A stretch of DNA of 27,273 bases from assembly GCA_002189035.1 (NCBI GenBank), contig NEEC01000503.1, forward strand, positions 1-27,273. The letters are read 5' to 3'. Positions within the stretch are counted from its first letter, which is position 1, and each line of letters opens with the position of its first letter. A program made the translations under genes and the position numbers. A model generated the notes under the pieces. The model worked only from the letters and a program-made list of their open reading frames with translations. It did not search any database and was not told where the DNA came from. This DNA comes from Utricularia gibba. Lineage: Eukaryota > Plantae > Magnoliophyta. This document shows positions 24,145 to 27,273 of this stretch, in pieces.

Positions 24145-26003
24145 AAGCTTTTCTTGAGAAACCATGTAGGCAGCCTATTAAAACCAAACGTTAATAAATG
24201 CATCACTTTTTTTGCAGGCTACAAATGACTCTGGCGAGCTCGACTCGACCTTTTGCCCGATACCGTGCCCCACTAGAGCGCCTCCTCAAATAAATGCGTT
24301 GAAAAACCATTTTGGGTGCTCATGAAATCCTAACTTCAATAACTGCATCACGATTTTCGTCGAGTAGGACCAGATTTGGCAAAGGAGACAGACCGAACCT
24401 TGGGTCAGAACGAAGTTCCAACGACATCACCCGCCCAAAACGACAAGCTTTTCCTTGAGAAAACCATTGAGGCAGCCTATTAAAACCAACGTTAATAAAT
24501 GCATCAAGTTTTTTGCCGAGCTACAAATGACTATGGGCCCGAGCTCGACTCGACCTCCTGCTCGATACCGTTGCCCCACGAGAGCGCCTTATCAAATATA
24601 AAGCATGCGGTTGAGAAAACCATTTTGGGTGCTCATGAAATCCTAACTTCAATAACTGCATCACGATTTTCGTCGAGTAGGACCCGATGTGGCAAAGGAG
24701 TCAGACCGAACCTTGGTCAGAACGAAGTTCCAAAAGACATCACCCGCCAGAAACGACAAGCTTTTCCTTGAGAAACCATGTAGGCAGCCTATTAAAACCA
24801 AACGTTAATAAATGCATCAATTTTTTTGCAGGCTACAAATGACTCTGGGCGAGCTCGACTCGACCTTTGCCCGATACCGTTGCCCCACTAGAGAGCCTCC
24901 TCAATATAAAGCATGCGATTGAAAACCATTTTGGGTGCTCATGAAATCCTAACTTCAATAACTGCATCACGATTTTCGTCGAGTAGGACCAGATTTGGCA
25001 AAGGAGACAGACCGAACCTTGGGTCAGAACGAAGTTCACAACGACATCACCCGCCCAAAAACGACAAGCTTTTCCTTGAGAAAACCATTGAGGCAGCCTA
25101 TTAAAACCAACCGTTAATAAATGCATCAAGTTTTTTGCCGAGCTACAAATGACTATGGGCCCGAGCTCGACTCGACCTCCTACTCGATACCGTTGCCCCA
25201 CGAGAGCACCTTATCAAATATAAAGCATGCGGTTGAGAAAACCATTTTGGGTGCTCATGAAATCCTAACTTCAATAACTGCATCACGATTTTCGTCGAGT
25301 AGGACCCGATGTGGCAAAGGAGTCAGACCGAACCTATGGTCAGAACGAAGTTCCAAACGACATCACCGCCCAGAAACGACAAGCTTTTCCTTGAGAAACC
25401 ATGTAGGCAGCCTATTAAAACCAACGTTAATAAATGCATCAATTTTTTTTGCAGGCTACAAATGACTCTGGGAGCGAGCCCGACTCGACCTCCTGCTCGA
25501 TACCGTGCCCCACTAGAGCGCCTCCTCAAATACAAAGCATGCGGTTGAGAAAACATTTTGGGTGCTCATGAAATCCTAACTTCAATAACTGCATCACGAT
25601 TTTCGTCGAGTAGGACCAGATTTGGCAAAGGAGTCAGACCGAACCTTGGGTCAGAACGAAGTTCCAACGACATCACCCGCCCAAAACGACAAGCTTTTCC
25701 TTGAGAAAACCATTGAGGCAGCCTATTAAAACCAACGTTAATAAATGCATCAATTTTTTTTGCCGAGCTACAAATGACTCTGGGCCCGAGCTCGACTCGA
25801 CCTCCTGCTCGATACCGTTGCCCCACGAGAGTGCCTTATCAAATATAAAGCATGCGGTTGAGAAAACCATTTTGGGTGCTCATGATATCCTAACTTCAAT
25901 AACTGCATCACGATTTTCGTCGAGTAGACCCGATGTGGCAAAGGAGTCAGACCGAACCTTGGTCAGAACGAAGTTCCAAACGACATCACCCGCCCAAAAC
26001 GAC
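24145..26003. repeat. Second two-monomer HOR block (3 units), with traits fading toward the window end
   Basis: GGACCAGATT occurs at ~24367, 24986 and 25613, and the CCACTAGAG marker at ~24273, 24888 and 25513. B-type starts (CAAGTTTTTTGCCGAGCT) are at ~24500 and 25125. Confidence 0.85.
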
Positions 26004-27273
26004 AAGCTTTTCCTTGAGAAACATGTAGGCAGCCTATTAAAACCAACGTTAATAAATGCATCAATTTTTTTGCCGGGCTACAAATGACTCTGGGCGAGCT
26101 CGACTCGACCTGCTCGATACCGTTGCCCCACGAGAGCGCCTTCAAATATAAAGCATGCGGTTGAGAAAACCATTTTGGGTGCTCATGAATCCTAACTTCA
26201 ATAACTGCATCACGATTTTCGTCGAGTAGGACCCGATGTGGCAAAGGAGTCAGACCGAACCTTGGGTCAGAACGAAGTTCAAACGACATCACCCCCCAAA
26301 ACGACAAGCTTTTCCTTGAGAAACTTGAGGCAGCCTATAAAACCAACGTTAATAAATGCATCAAGTTTTTTGCCGAGCTACAAATGACTCTGGGCCCGAG
26401 CTCGACTCGACCTCCTACTCGATACCGTTGCCCCACGAGAGAGCCCTTATCAAATATAAAGCATGCGGTTGAGAAAACCATTTTGGGTGCTCATGAAATC
26501 CTAACTTCAATAACTGCATCACGATTTTCGTCGAGTAGGACCCGATGTGGCAAAGGAGTCAGACCGAACCTATGGTCAGAACGAAGTTCCAAAAGACATC
26601 ACCCGCCCAGAAACGACAAGCTTTTCCTTGAGAAACCATGTAGGCAGCCTATTAAAACCAAACGTTAATAAATGCATCAATTTTTTGCCGGCTACAAATG
26701 ACTCTGGCGAGCTCGACTCGACCTTGCTCGATACCGTGCCCCACGAGAGCGCCTTATCAAATATAAAGCATGCGATTGAGAAAACCATTTTGGGTGCTCA
26801 TGAAATCCTAACTTCAATAACTGCATCACGATTTTCGTCGAGTAGGACCCGATGTGGCAAAGGAGTCAGACCGAACCTTGGTCAGAACGAAGTTCCAAAC
26901 GACATCACCCGCCCAAAAACGACAAGCTTTTCCTTGAGAAAACCATTAGGCAGCCTATTAAAACCAACGTTAATAAATGCATCAAGTTTTTTGCCGAGCT
27001 ACAAATGACTATGGGCCCGAGCTCGACTCGACCTCCTGCTCGATACCGTTGCCCCACGAGAGCCCTTATCAAATATAAAGCATGCGGTTGAGAAAACCAT
27101 TTTGGGTGCTCATGAAATCCTAACTTCAATAACTGCATCACGATTTTCGTCGAGTAGGACCGATGTGGCAAAGGAGTCAGACCGAACCTTGGTCAGAACG
27201 AAGTTCAAAAGACATCACCCCCAAAACGACAAGCTTTTCCTTGAGAAACCATGTAGGCAGCCTATTAAAACCA

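Larger units (their letters stand above)
1..27273. repeat. Tandem satellite DNA array, ~310-314 bp monomer, ~88 copies, single orientation, no unique sequence
   Basis: The motif ACGACAAGCTTTTCCTTGA recurs throughout. I counted 88 AAGCTT sites from 311 to 27231 (mean spacing ~309 bp, range ~296-316). All intervening sequence aligns to the first monomer, with no inversion or insertion seen. Confidence 0.99.

Noticed and set aside
15-27171. All ORFs in the six-frame track (61-153 aa)
   Set aside because: They are the same few peptides repeated with the monomer period, on both strands, switching frame at indels. There is no conserved frame and no recognisable domain.
1-27273. CRISPR array
   Set aside because: There are no unique spacers. 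The entire ~312 bp unit repeats and no cas genes are present.
1-27273. Concatemer of a viroid-like RNA, small circle or rolling-circle amplification product
   Set aside because: Linked substitutions are periodic and position-dependent, which copying one circle would not produce. I found no CUGANGA hammerhead core on either strand.

Overview
The whole window is one uninterrupted head-to-tail tandem array of satellite DNA. It holds about 88 copies of a ~310-314 bp monomer of ~46% GC, each marked by one AAGCTT site (311, 622, 933 ... 26924, 27231). I find no genes, RNA genes, mobile elements or CRISPR arrays, and the ORF track is only the same monomer translated repeatedly with frameshifts. The interesting content is structural. 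(i) The monomer is itself a diverged dimer of ~155 and ~159 bp halves, each carrying a 17-bp-spaced internal duplication. (ii) The left ~11 kb is a homogeneous monomeric array, which grades into a two-monomer (~620 bp) higher-order repeat (HOR) at ~13.6-21 kb with a probable six-monomer (~1.86 kb) super-period. (iii) The HOR fades at ~21.4-24.1 kb and resumes in the same phase. This organisation resembles a eukaryotic centromeric or heterochromatic satellite (inference), but I cannot name the family or species. Frequent small deletions suggest residual long-read error, so fine-scale calls need read-level confirmation. All counts and coordinates were made by eye.
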